Notes: generated by a model not told the origin, from the sequence alone. A stretch of DNA of 64,000 nucleotides from Schmidtea polychroa (GCA_044892525.1 CM097888.1:19096001-19160000); one strand, 5' to 3'. Shown: positions 46,073 to 58,910, counted from the first letter of the stretch. A program made the numbers and translations.

Positions 46073-47027
46073 CAGCGCTTATCATCCTTTCTGTTATTGC
46101 GACCCAGTTTACCAACGTAAATATTCTCGCCCCCCCCCCAATTTTGATCTATTGAAAATTATAGTGTCATAGTGAGAAGTTAAATGTCTTGAATCTTCAA
46201 CTTCAACGAACAAATACATATATTTTGGAAGCAAATGATAAAGTTAATGCTTTTTGTAGAAAATTGGATTTGTGGCTTAGAAATGTAAAAGAAAAGAAAA
46301 AAGACATACAAAACCGAAGAATTACATATAAACGTGATTTTATTAACTATAAACAAACATCTAAGCATGCTAGCAAAAGAGTTTAGAAAATACTTTTTTG
46401 CTCAATAATAATTTTTAGCAAGTTACGAGTGTGGTTAGGGACCCATATCACAATGTTCCACACGGTCTCTCGACTTCTGAAGAGGAAACTTTTATTGATT
46501 TTACAACAAACAGTGAAATCTAAAGACAATTTAATAAGAAATCGAATTTTGAATTTCGAACTGGTTTGGATGACGAGTTTGCGACATTAAAACGAAAAGC
46601 TTTGCAAATACCTTTACCGTTTTCAACATCTTATCTTTGCAAAACCAGATTTTCTGCGGTGGCTTCGTTGAAAACAAAATACAGATCACAGCTAAATATA
46701 GAAAAAGAACTTAGGGTATCCATATCTGGTATTAATCCTTCATTTCAAAAACTTTGCAATGAGAAACAGGCTCAAGGAAGTCATTAATTAATAACATAAC
46801 ATATTTAACTGGTATACTAATAAATACTAATAAATACTAATAAACTTAAATAATAAATATAATAAATTATTTATTGGTAATATGTAATTATAAACTATAT
46901 ATATACATATAATTTTTTAATTATACAATTTCTTTTATTTAACCTTCAACAAAGTTTTAATTTTGTTTTTAAATATACTCGCGCTCCCCTTGTAGTAACG
47001 CCGCGCCCCACAGGTTGAGAATCACTG
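46073..47027 (+). mobile_element. hAT Buster/Charlie-type internal deletion derivative retaining the transposase C-terminus
   Basis: TIRs CAGCGCTTATCATCC and GGTTGAGAATCACTG; perfect 8-bp TSD GTATAAAG with central TA; NLQLQ...DKVNAFCRKLDLW and PFSTSYLC..RFS..LKTKYRSQLNIEKELRV...QAQGSH*. Confidence 0.92.
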
Positions 47028-48590
47028 GTATAAAGTTTTTTTCAGTTAAATCATTTTAATTTTTATTTTAGTCATTTGCTTTAATTATTTCCTCCTTTAT
47101 TCTATAGTTCATTTTTAATTTTATCTTTTTGAATAGAAAAAAGAATTAAGCAGTATCGCTATTGTTAGAATTTATCCATACACTTGTTAGGGTTATAATG
47201 AGTCTATATATGATTATTATTAAATTTGATTCCTCGATTTTTTATATCAATTAAATAAAACAAAAATATTAAAATTTTATTAATAAACGTAAAGTGACTA
47301 TTCTGATTTGGAATTTGTCAAAATATAATTTTACAATAAACTCATCTGTGCCTCAATGCAACTTTGATAAGGTTCCTAAAGAGAACTAACCTTCATTCGG
47401 ATTAATTTATAGATAATATTGTACGTTCCTTGTTAACAACTCTTTTTTTCTTCAATCAAACATGCCAAAGTAATTAATTTGTCAACGTATATTTACCAAG
47501 CAAATAATCCTTAGGAGATGTTCTTTTAAAAATCTAAAATGAAAAAAAATGAAAATCATCTATTGAGTTTTTGTTTTTCTAATCACGATGTAATAAATAA
47601 TTTTTAAACGCTGCTGAAAACTTTGACAAAGAAAGATGATATACTGATAATTTTTTTATTATAGCATCTATTGTTTTTATATTTTGGTTATATCTGTTTC
47701 TGATGATATTTTATTTATTTTCAATTTTTCAAAAGTTCAAAGAATTATCGATTCTCTTTTTCGATGTTAAGTTTAAATCGCCCGTGAAAAAACGTTGATT
47801 CTAGAAAAAACTATCTAATAACTGATGGGAGAGCAATAATACTGTTGGAATATTGTGTAATAAATAAAGCAAAATTACAAAAAAGTTTATAACACTTGAA
47901 AAGACAGTGCAAAAAGTTTATGTTTAATAAAAATCAACACAATGATGTTTATTGTCTAAAAGAATTAATCATTTTAATCTATAACCTTTTTCCATCTCAT
48001 GAGAAACTTCATATTTTCATACGGCAGGATTTTTCATTATTAGCAGACCTTGGAATATAAAATGTGCATGTCAAAGAACGAAATAAGTGGAAATCCGATG
48101 GTGCAAAGTCAGATAAGAATGAACTTTGCTTACATTACATTTGTTCTATTTGCCAATTTTGGTCATGTTTTCTGAATGTTTTCCATCAATCTATTAAATT
48201 GTGAACTTTTCATAATTAATTATTATATTAGACGCAATAAGTTATAAAACAAAGCAGGTTTCCTTTTAAAAACTTCTTGAAACATAAATCGGCTTTTGAA
48301 AAGATTAACGAAACTGGTGACTAAACAATGCTGTTTAATGATAATTTTTATAAATTTTGATTTTAATAAATTTGACTCCTATAATAATACAAAATACGTA
48401 AAATAAAATATAAAATTAAAAATTGTTAAAATCAATTAAAGAAATTAATTANNNNNNNNNNNNNNNNNNNNNNNNNNNNNNNNNNNNNNNNNNNNNNNNN
48501 NNNNNNNNNNNNNNNNNNNNNNNNNNNNNNNNNNNNNNNNNNNNNNNNNNNNNNNNNNNNNNNNNNNNNNNNNNNNNNNNNNNNNNNNNN

Positions 48591-48669
48591 TAGCAGCATT
48601 TATTATTTAAAACAATAAAATGATAATTTAAGCCTTTTGCAGCAAAAGGCTTAAATTATCATTTTATCA

Positions 48670-48670
<1 letters not shown>
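48591..48670. repeat. Inverted-repeat family B, spacerless copy between an N gap and (TTA)n
   Basis: tagcagcattt...aaaatgataatttaagccttttgc-a-gcaaaaggcttaaattatcatttt. Confidence 0.85.
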
Positions 48671-48709
<39 letters not shown>

Positions 48710-49878
48710 AATATTATCATTATAATTTAAAGTAAAATTATAATAATTAAATATTTTAAAATATATTTAATTATATTATTTTAAAACTAGTTTAAGATAA
48801 AAATAAGTTATCAACTCATGTTTATGTCTATCTAGAGAAAATACACAAACGTATTGATTAAATTTCAAAGAAATGCCCCAGTGAATTGAAGAAAAAACAA
48901 TTAAAAGAAGGAAATTTCTATTATTATTTAAGCAAAATTAGAAAAAAAACTTTTAAAGAGAAATGTGAAGTTTATTGACTGAAATTATTATTAATTACAC
49001 TTTACCAGTATTTTAATAATCAGGAAAATTGTAGAATTTTAAATCTTTTGTCTCTTTCGACATTTTTATTGTTCATTGAAACACTTTTCCCATAAGAAGT
49101 AATTTAAAAAACAATTGAATGTTGCTAGAGATTTTGTCAAAACAATAAAATAACATTTGCATAGAAAATATAGTTTGTGAATAAAACCTAATTAAAAATG
49201 CATTAAAAATACGTTAAAACATTTAATTAAAAATGCATATTTAAATATATTCATTTAATAAAAATAAAATGAAAACGAATAAAATGATACGCGTCATTAA
49301 TTATTATATGATCCATATTTATTACTATAATTTAATGAGAAAAGAATTTGTACTATTATTCCATTATAGAAAATTATATTGCGATTTTACTAAAGTACTT
49401 TTGATATTAGTGCATTTATTTTTTGACACATATATAGACAAAAATATGTTCAACTAAAACAGGATATTAGTAGGTAGTTAGTGGCCAACTGCAGCACGAC
49501 CATCCGACACCATATCTCCTTCCTAGAAGCTTTTTATTGTCGCAAAGGGCTAATCACCGTAAATCGGTAATGAGAGTGTTGCAGACGGGTAATCGCTGTA
49601 AATCGGAAAAGACACTGCTCCAGATGAGTAATTAAAAATTTTTCAAATTAAAGTCAAAGGGTCTTTTTGGTCCTAGGATATTCTAGGATATTCTTTAGGA
49701 TATTTTTAAGGTCTATATACTCTTTTCTATACAAAATCCAGGTCTCGTTATAACAGCCGAAGTATTTTAAGGTCTCTAGATTTTTGTACAAGAATTTATG
49801 ATCAAATATTTGGATACGATGACCATGTGAAATTTTCAAAGATAAATTTAAATGCAATTTTTATTAAATAATTTTTGC

Positions 49879-49934
<56 letters not shown>

Positions 49935-49956
49935 GTAATAATAAGAGTAATAATAA
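49879..49956. repeat. (TAA)n microsatellite, imperfect at the 3' end
   Basis: Read directly. Confidence 0.95.
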
Positions 49957-49983
49957 TTGGTTTTTTGTTAGCGTAGATTCAGA

Positions 49984-50257
49984 TCAATCGTGAATTGGAT
50001 GCTCGATTCTGCTTTCAGGTAACACATCATAAAGTTCAGCTCCATTAAATCCATTCTTACAAGAAATATTATAAAACATTTTGGAAGTATCATTAGTTTC
50101 GGTTGTCATATAAATCTCTTCAAAGAACAACAAAGGTGAGCACATAACAAAATCGTTATGTTCAACAATCTTTGATCTTTTCCAATCGTCAAAATCTTCA
50201 TATTCCAAATTCCGTTCAGATATTCCTTTTTAAACAACTTCAAGCAATTCAAATATC
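49984..50257 (-). pseudogene. Orphan ORF of unknown function within the Maverick remnant
   Basis: MIFELLEVV*KGISERNLEYEDFDDWKR...HPIHD*; one premature stop; no recognised motif. Confidence 0.3.
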
Positions 50258-50494
50258 ATAAATGTCCAAAAACACTTTTATTAGCCAAATAACATATATT
50301 TCAAAAAATCATCTTTTTAAACAACTCAAAATTCAAAATTGTCATAAGTTGAAAAATTGAAATAAATCCAAAAATTTCAAAATACATTGTTCGCGTCTGT
50401 GTGCGCACACATAAAAAATACAGTTTCAAAAAAATGCACACAGACGTGACAATTAAACAAAAGATTGACCAATAATAATAATAATAATATTATT

Positions 50495-50638
50495 ATAAGA
50501 ACTTTTTTTTTCAAATTTCACCTCTGATTTCTTTTACATTGGCATTGTATTTATTAAAAAGCTTGACTATGAATCAGTAAATATATTGATGTTTTTGATA
50601 TATTTACTGATTCATAGTCAAGCTTTTAATAAATACAA

Positions 50639-50640
<2 letters not shown>
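50495..50640. repeat. Palindromic repeat family A, centrally deleted copy flanked by TAA arrays
   Basis: ataagaac...aagcttgactatgaatcagtaaatatat / atatatttactgattcatagtcaagctttt; (TAA)n on both sides. Confidence 0.9.

Positions 50641-50694
<54 letters not shown>
50641..50694. repeat. (TAA)18 microsatellite
   Basis: Read directly. Confidence 0.95.
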
Positions 50695-50696
<2 letters not shown>

Positions 50697-50879
50697 TACA
50701 AAATAAAGTTTATTCAATAATAATCTTCATCAACTGTCAACAAGACATAATTTATTCTATAAGTTCGTCTTCAATTTCTCCGCTATCTGCATCATACACA
50801 CTATTCGTATCCTTCACACGTACTCTCTTCCTTAAATCTTCCAATAACAGAATAAAGTTTTTAGAATAGAGAGGGTGAT

Positions 50880-51530
50880 CATTAGAATTATTAGATTTGT
50901 CCAAAAGTTCATCTTTAACCTTTTCTGTCAAAGGTTTTTCTAATTTACAATTTTTTATTTCTAAAATGAAAGAGGTTGTATTTCCACCAACTATATTAAT
51001 GACACAATTTAACTTTTGTCTATATTTTACCAAGTTAACATATTGAAGTTTATATATTCGAAGTTTAGATTGTCCAATGTAACTTGGTCTATCTAAACAT
51101 TTAGAATCAGGATTTGACAAGGGCATTATCAAGTTGTCATCAATTTTAATAGATTTTTTAAATATTAGTTTTGATGTGTATGTTTCAAGTTTTTTTATCG
51201 GTAGTACATAATCGTAGATTCATTCTTCTTTTCAAGTTCTTCACAGTTTTATCATACAAACTATTATTTAATAACTTTATATTCTTTTGGCTCTTAACTC
51301 TTTATTGGTGTCTATATATATTTTAAAAATATGAGTTTATTTAAAGTTCACTGCTCTATTTACATGTGTGACCCTAACATCAAGAGTTAATTATAACTTC
51401 AATAACGTCCAATGAATCACATAATTCATTTTTGCGTAATGGGTTAATAACAATTTTTCTACCTTTAACTCAACTGGTTTCATTTTTTCAACTCCAACAG
51501 GTAAATCGTCCTTCAATATACTATGAACTA
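50880..51530 (-). pseudogene. Protein-primed family B DNA polymerase remnant
   Basis: DLPVGVEK...NYVIHW; LLNNSLYDKTVKNLKRR (KxxxNSxYGK-like); DRPSYIGQS; GGNTTSFILEI (degenerate DTDS); DKSN..DHPLYSKN. Confidence 0.82.
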
Positions 51531-51589
51531 CTTAAAGTATCCTTTTACTTATACATTTAAGATAATACTATTAATTAATTAATTAATTT

Positions 51590-52462
51590 TTTATAGGAAT
51601 TAGTAAATTTAAAATCCTATCAATACCCATATACATTTCAATAGAGAAACCAAAGTATCACCAACAAGAATTGGTTCAATGATATTCGTATAGATCATCA
51701 TTTGTTGATAACGTTGCATTATTTGAGGTTCTTATAACCCAATAATAATTTTGTCGGAATACTTTTCTTGTGATAATCCTAAACTATTAGCCTAAAATTT
51801 ACTAAATTGAACTTTACTGACATCATATTCCTATATAATTTTATCAATTTTTACTTTTTGAATTTCATTAGATTTAAATGGACGAGGATAAAAGGTTGAT
51901 AATTAATCATTTATTTAAGAAAAATCTGTAATATTTAGTTTTTCTTCAAATGTATCCAGTATACTCGATATCATAAAAATACTGTATAGTTAATAGAATT
52001 GTATCAAACTCTATTTTCCGATTATTTGGAGAAAAAAGTATTTGTTTTAAATTTTTGCTGAAATTTACTTCTTTTTCAGTAAATCTTAATGTTTGATATT
52101 CTTTAATACTGTCAAATTCTACTTTAAAAGGAAGTTATTTGCAATTAATGTTCAAAATATTTCCATCAATATATATTAAATAAAATGGAGTCGTGACTGA
52201 TTGTATATTCATTTTGTGCTTGGTAAAAGTAAAAGTATTCATAACTTGTATGTAATACACTTTTACTGTATTTAACATTTGAATTATTATAAAAAGGAAA
52301 ATTATTAGAAACAAATGTAATGTCCATGCGAGCAACATCCCATTCTACATCCAAGTAAATATGATTTTGAAATTCAACATTAAATTTATTAGCTTCATTA
52401 TTTGGATGAGTAAGAGGACAACTATTAGAAAGTAAATTCACATAAAAATCTTTTAAATTCAT
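51590..52462 (-). pseudogene. Maverick minor capsid (penton/PX)-like gene, paralogue 2
   Basis: N-terminal DFYVNLLSNSCPLTHPNNEANKFNVEFQNHIYLDVEWDVA; C-terminal MMIYTNIIEPILVGDTLVSLLK; stops and frameshifts in between. Confidence 0.65.
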
Positions 52463-52489
52463 TTACTTTTCTAAAATGCAACGAAATAG

Positions 52490-53463
52490 ATTTCAATAAT
52501 TTAGGAATTTATTCCCTACAATATCTTTCTCTGTAAATGTTTGTTTCTTTAATCCCAATGTTTCTGCTAAATTTTGATCAAAGGTTATTTTCGAAATGTT
52601 AGCAGCAAGAGTTATTTTAACCGATTCATTAATTAGAATTTTTAAATCTTTAAATGGAGACAGATTAATTGTCATTAACTGCCCTTTTATTTCAGATAAA
52701 GTATTGATGTATAATTCATATTCGAAATAATTTTCAAATTTTGATTTTTCAACAACGCTTATACTTATATCAAATTGTTCAATTGTATTATATTCTGTAA
52801 ATTTTGGTAATTTTATTCGACAATGATCATTGTCACTAATGATAGATGTTGATTTTAATTAAAGATTATTGGGTATTCAATATCTGAAAAAGTAATTTTA
52901 AATGGAACATATGGACAAACAACTACTAAATCCTCGTATCTTTCAATAAACATGTCAACTTCCGGAGTATTTGTTGAATTTATTACTTCGAAGATTCGAT
53001 TTAAATTATTTAATCTCAAATATTTAATTTCTTCAGCACTTTACTTTTTCATATTAAACGAATGAATTACTGTTGTTAATAATAACCAGTTAATAATCTA
53101 CAAATATTTATTTTTAATACAAATACCAATTATTGCCTAAATCTGGTATTATTAAAACACCCGATTTAAATGGCGAATTAATTAATTAAATAATAATGCT
53201 AATTATGTGTGCCAGCATTTATACTTATTATACTTTTACTTATAATACAATATATATTTTACTTATAAATTAATTATTTAAATATCCCTAACATATGGAA
53301 AATTATTATACACAAAAGTAAAGTTCATGAGAGCTACTTCCCATTTACCCTTCAAATAAATAGGATTTTGAAATGCTATATTAAACTTACTATCTTCATT
53401 ATCAGGAAAAATAAAAGGACAATTATTACTAGGTAAAATCTTATAAAACTGTTTTTTGTTCAT
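52490..53463 (-). pseudogene. Maverick minor capsid (penton/PX)-like gene, paralogue 1
   Basis: QFYKILPSNNCPFIFPDNEDSKFNIAFQNPIYLKGKWEVALMNFTF, later ITFDQNLAETLGL; C-terminal motif not seen. Confidence 0.65.
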
Positions 53464-53529
53464 AATAATTATTTAATTAAATGATTTTCAGATATCCAAG
53501 TTTTTTTTCATAGTAATGTTTATATTTCC

Positions 53530-54775
53530 CATCTTTTTTGGTTTTAAAAATTATTTGTTTTCATGATCAGCTATTGCATACATGACAGGATTCTGCTTTG
53601 TATAGATTTTCATCACTTTAATTATTATCAAAATTCTAGAATTATTATGAATCTAGAAGAAATGATTTTACTAATTCTTACATGATCACCCACCTTGTAT
53701 TTCGGTTTATCGACTTTTTCAACTTTTCTTAAACCTTTCCTATCCTCATTATTTTCTGCGCCCTCCCCATTCTAATCCAAAGTCCAAAAAAAAATTTTTT
53801 TTGATTTCATTTTTTCCCAGTAAATTTTGATGCTATTATCAGTATGTAAGCTACAGCTAAAGGCAGTCAGTCTACTTGTTTTCATTATGACAAAGTACAA
53901 TTCACCTGAATGATATGACAGTCAAATCGCCCTACAGTTCTTATAGCACTGTAAATAACTGGTAATATTTTTATAGAAAGTGGATTTGATATGAATAAGA
54001 AAAATAATGTGTTATTTTCTTATAGACAGATGCAAACCTTTTAGTCATTATTTTACATATCCAGGATAGGTAAAGGTTAATGATTTGTTAGTACAATCAA
54101 CAGGTCTTTGTCCTTTTAATCCTCTATGTGGTGAATGATTGTAACTTAAAATAATTTTTGGCAAAACATTTATACAAGTTTTATTACCTTGATATACAAA
54201 ATATTGTTTCATATTTTCTCTTAAAGTTCGATTAAATCGTTCTACATGAGCAGCTTTGAATATAGAAAATACCGAGTAATGATCTATTCCTTTGATAACC
54301 TCTTTAACTTTGCTAGTACATAAAATTCGTTGCCTAAATATTTACTTAAAAAATTAATTTAATTAAATTTAATTACCCCAATAAGTTTGTAAATTAAGAG
54401 GTCGACCATCATCAAAAATTTCTTTTATTGCATTAGCCATTTCATTACCAGATTTGTTTTTTGTCGGAACAACACGCGCGTATCTAATAAAAACATCAAT
54501 GCAAGTTAAAATATATTTTTATCTTTTGTTGATTTTTGAATAAGTAATCATTTATATCACATCCATTTGCCATAAATCATTGATTCCAAATATTATGTAA
54601 GACCTTTTGGGAATCGCTTCAACATTAGTTTATTTAAACTATAATCTAAATGATCAGATAATCATTTCTGAGTTTCTTTCTTTGAATTATTCACTCGTTT
54701 TGTTAATTTTTTTACACCACCAAAACCATTTGCATCTTTCAGATTTGTCCATATTAATTTGAGCTTTTTCTCCAT
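53530..54775 (-). pseudogene. Maverick-type (retroviral-like) integrase, interrupted
   Basis: MEKKLK..FGGVKKL...INDLWQMDV...KYILTCIDVFIRYARVVPTKNKSG...RPLNLQT...KAAHVERFNRTLR...YNHSPHRGL...KPKYKVGDHVRISK; many stops. Confidence 0.9.
53758..54076 (-). mobile_element. Insertion in the integrase with one piggyBac-like end
   Basis: Integrase breaks between RPVDCT and AENNE; minus-strand TTAA|CCTTTACCTATCCTGG at 54080-54061; other end not recognised. Confidence 0.45.
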
Positions 54776-54879
54776 TGTTTTGAACTTTTTCTCTTCAGTT
54801 TTGAGTTTTGTCTCGTTTGTTTTGGAAATATTTTCCTTTATTATTATAACACGTCGTCAAAATATTTAAATCTATAATA

Positions 54880-56247
54880 ATTTTATTTGGTAATGAACTC
54901 TTGGTGCCCATTAAGAATTTAATTATGAAATTGCACTAATTCCTGATAAAAGTATTGGAATTAATGCACCCAAGAATTTACGTTTTTGTTATTACATATT
55001 TAGTGTCAATATCAGACGCTAGCCAAAATTTTATGCCAAATTTGCCGGGTTTATTTGGCATATATTGTGTGAACCTGCACCTGGCCTTCGTTGGAAAGAG
55101 TTGCTCATTCACCGTAATATTTGCACCTGGTTTGAAGCAATTTTGACTATTTTCAAAGAATTTATTCCAAACTATTGAAACTAATGAAAATTTGTCTGTT
55201 TGTAAACGTTGACTTCTCTCATTTCTTTTGTCAAAACGAATAAATTTTAGAATCTCTGTAAAATCATTTCGACTCCACTTCTTATTCCATTAATATTCCA
55301 GTTTCAATGTTTTTGCCTCGTACCCTCCACGTGCATACAATAGCGCAATGAATGCCTTCAATTTTGCTTGCGGAAATACCCATTTTTTTTAAACTCGAGA
55401 AGGTTCTAATTTCGTACACGTTCTTACATATTCTAAAATAGAATGGTCAATTACTAACAAAAATGCGCTACTTAGTTCTTCCTTCATAATATTTCTTTTT
55501 GCATATGCTGTAGGGCCGTGAGCATCCTTGAAAATATGGCTAATCGATAATCTTCCAGCAACGTGCCCTTCTTTCATTTTTTCCCAAACAGTTCCGTCTT
55601 TACCAATTTCTAGAGCACTTTCAACTTCGTCACTAGAACTGTACGGCAGTAGTAAACACCTTCGTTTACGGGTGTTTGAAATGTTTTCGTATTCACTGTC
55701 GCTTGATTCATCTTCATTCCTTCTATCAGAAATATCGCTGTCACTACTCTCGATATCAACACGTTTCCTTCCATGTGGATCACTTTCTTTATCCAATAAT
55801 TCACCTTCGCTATCATAAAGCTCATCATTTTCAACATCTGAACATTCCATAGGAATGTCCGTGATATTTTCCAAATACACTGAAGCTGAATGTTCTGTTA
55901 TTGTATCAATTAATTAAATTCCATGTAAAAAAATAAAAATAAATTAATTTAGCTTAAAAATATTGCTGCCAAAAGTAACAAAAAATATACCTGGAAGAAG
56001 AAGTGATAATTCTTTCATAATGACTGAAATATTTATTTAATAAATTATGAAATAAAAAGTGCTAATTTTAATTTGTTATTTTTGTTTTTTTCGTTTTATA
56101 CATTTAATATTAATATTTAAATAAATATTATAGATACACTTATTATAAAATTGATTTTTTATTTAAATTATTATTTTTTTAATTGGTTTGAGTGTTCGTA
56201 TATCGGTCGAGAAAAAGGTGGTAACCTTAGGTGTGGTAAATCTAGTG
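54880..56247 (-). mobile_element. piggyBac element, 5' end plus N-terminal half of the transposase, 3'-truncated
   Basis: TTAA (56248-51)|CACTAGATTTACC terminus; GKDGTVW...GPTAYAK...SAFLLVID; SRNDFTEILKFIRFD...DKFSLVS...PGANITVNEQLFPTKARCRFTQYMPNKPGKFGIKFWLASD. Confidence 0.92.
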
Positions 56248-57425
56248 TTAATATTGAGAACAAAATTATTACAAAAAATTATAATGTTTATAATTTTATA
56301 ATTTTTTCCAGGACAGCATAAGTTTTTAATGAATGTTTCATAGAGCTAATTTTACGTAAATAAAAATCTTAAATTATTTATTGCAATAAAACGAAATAAA
56401 TGTACGCAAATTATGAACTGATTTCAAATTAAAATTGTTTAAAATGATATTGAGTTTGAAATTGGAGCGTTTTCTAAAACGAATAATTACTGATTTTTCA
56501 TCAAATTTTATTATACATTAAAACTTTACAATGTCGTAGAATGTAAAAGATTTTCAAACAATGTATAAAAAATGTGAATCGCCAAAATATTTAGGAAATT
56601 TAGGAATGAACAAATTTAATGAAATATAGTTTAAATAAAGGGAAACTCGTTGTTATGGGCAACCGGGGCATTGCCCCACAAACATTTATCCTAATTAAAA
56701 AGAAAATAATTTTTTATATCTTTAATGACTCAGTGTGAATAAACAAAGTTTTCTTAATCCTGTTAACTACGCAGTGAGTCAAACCGGTTCTAATTATATT
56801 TAAATTATCAATTACAATATGTCAGTCTTAATCACATTTTTCCTATTATTTGTTAAAAGAGCCATTTTCGTCATCAAGTTCAAAGGAAAATTTAGAAATA
56901 ATCAGACTCAATACACATTAGCCAAGAAATATACATATTTTTAGTGGGATGGAAAAATTAATAGAAATTTCGGTTCTGAATGGTTTGACAAAATAGCGTG
57001 GCTAACTGTAAGTAAAGAACATGATTTTCCAAAATCACTTAAACGCCACCGTATTATCAATGCACAAAGATTTCATTCAACAGATCTTGTTTTTTAACCA
57101 AAAAGGTAATCGAAAAATTTATCATAAAAGACAGAAGAGGGAAACATTTGTATAAGCAAATATTTTGTAATGAGTGACCTTTAATTTTTTTGTTTTTCGT
57201 GTTAATAAAAAATCTATTGTTCATATTGCATTTTGTTGATTCAATCTCAAATTCATAGAGAAGTTTTGTTTCAAAAAATAGGTTTAAATCCCCTGAAATT
57301 ATTACAATATTTATAGTTGCATGAAATTTTAGTAAAATATATAAAATTTAGTTCCTTCAAGTGCCCGACGCAGTTTTAAAGTCAAGATCCACTTCATAAA
57401 ATTTTAACAAAATTTATAAAAAAAG

Positions 57426-57477
<52 letters not shown>
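57426..57477. repeat. (ATT)n microsatellite
   Basis: Read directly. Confidence 0.95.
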
Positions 57478-57481
<4 letters not shown>

Positions 57482-58804
57482 AAATAGCAGATATTTAATA
57501 AAACTTTATAAAGTAATTATATTTACATTTATCCACAAATTCATTGGTAAATAAAGAAACAATTTCATTGGCCAGTTCTAAACAATTAAAATATTTTGTT
57601 TTATTTAAATCATATGATGTGTGAAACTAATTCAATTAAAACAATAATTACGCAAAATGTGCACTATATAACAAAATTTCTTTTATGTTTCTTTATTAAA
57701 ATTTGCCATGGAACTATTCAATTAATCATTTGACTATATAAGTTACACAATTCTCAGATGTTTTGATCATTTGTCAAACAAGTAAACTTAACTGAAACAA
57801 ACATAAGACAAATCTGAAAATAGAATAAAATATTTCCCTATTATGTTTCATATTTTAATAAATAATTCAATAAAACCCTCATGCATGAGGATTCTTACTT
57901 ATTGTTTCAATTTATTGTCTCACCTGCCAAACAAGAAATTCGAGTAATTTTTAATGTGAATATTACCTATAGATATTAACAACTAACAATGCCAAATTTC
58001 AAACTCATTTTGTCGCAGAAATTTATATTTTCTTCAATATCAACTTCTCCGTTTATGGAATAATTCTTATTACGTTCTACTCAATGCACTAGTTGCAGAA
58101 GGAATCGTATATATCCACAGCAAGATAATATCTAATAGAATAATTATGTTTACGCTTAATTGCTAGGTCTAGCATGATTTCAAGGCAATGAGAAACATCT
58201 TTATATTGCTACGGCTGAAGTGATATAATTCTGCTGAGAAATAGAGGAAAATTTCTGTAAACTATTTTAATCACAGACCTTATGGTTGACTGATCAAATT
58301 ATAAAAGTATTGATCTGAAACTAATATAAAANNNNNNNNNNNNNNNNNNNNNNNNNNNNNNNNNNNNNNNNNNNNNNNNNNNNNNNNNNNNNNNNNNNNN
58401 NNNNNNNNNNNNNNNNNNNNNNNNNNNNNNNNNNNNNNNNNNNNNNNNNNNNNNNNNNNNNNNNNNNNNNNNNNNNNNNNNNNNNNNNNNNNNNNNNNNN
58501 NNNNNNNNNNNNNNNNNNNNNNNNNNNNNNNNNNNNNNNNNNNNNNNTATCTCTGTACGTAAGTTTGGATACAACAGAAGCAATTTCATCACAAACTCAT
58601 AAAGATGGAAAAGAATAGGTTTTTGCTTATGAATCTCGAGCAATGAAATCGAATATTGTATCATGAGGAAATAATTATTAAGAAAAATTACTAAAATCGA
58701 ATTTTTTTGTCGTTTATTACAAAAATAGAACACTTTTTTAATAAATTACAAAAATAAAACATTGTTTAAATAAATTATAAATATAAACACTTATAAACCT
58801 CTTT

Positions 58805-58910
58805 CTAATCTTAATTTAGAATCATCGGATTTGCTTCCCCCTATAGCCAGAAGATCACGTGGAAAACCACGAATTAGAAGAATTCCAGCTCCGTTTGAAA
58901 CTCAATAAAA
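58805..58910 (+). pseudogene. Possible Mutator-like transposase C-terminal scrap
   Basis: SSDLLPPIARRSRGKPRIRRIP resembles the LPP..R..GRP....R motif after the SWIM domain; no other support. Confidence 0.3.

Larger units (their letters stand above)
49470..54850 (-). mobile_element. Degenerate Maverick/Polinton remnant (integrase, two penton-like genes, pPolB fragment, orphan ORF)
   Basis: Three Maverick-type gene families sit colinearly on the minus strand; both outer boundaries are uncertain. Confidence 0.85.

Noticed and set aside
55528-55837. ORFs 55528-55818 (+) and 55610-55837 (-)
   Set aside because: Shadow frames of the acidic piggyBac N-terminus
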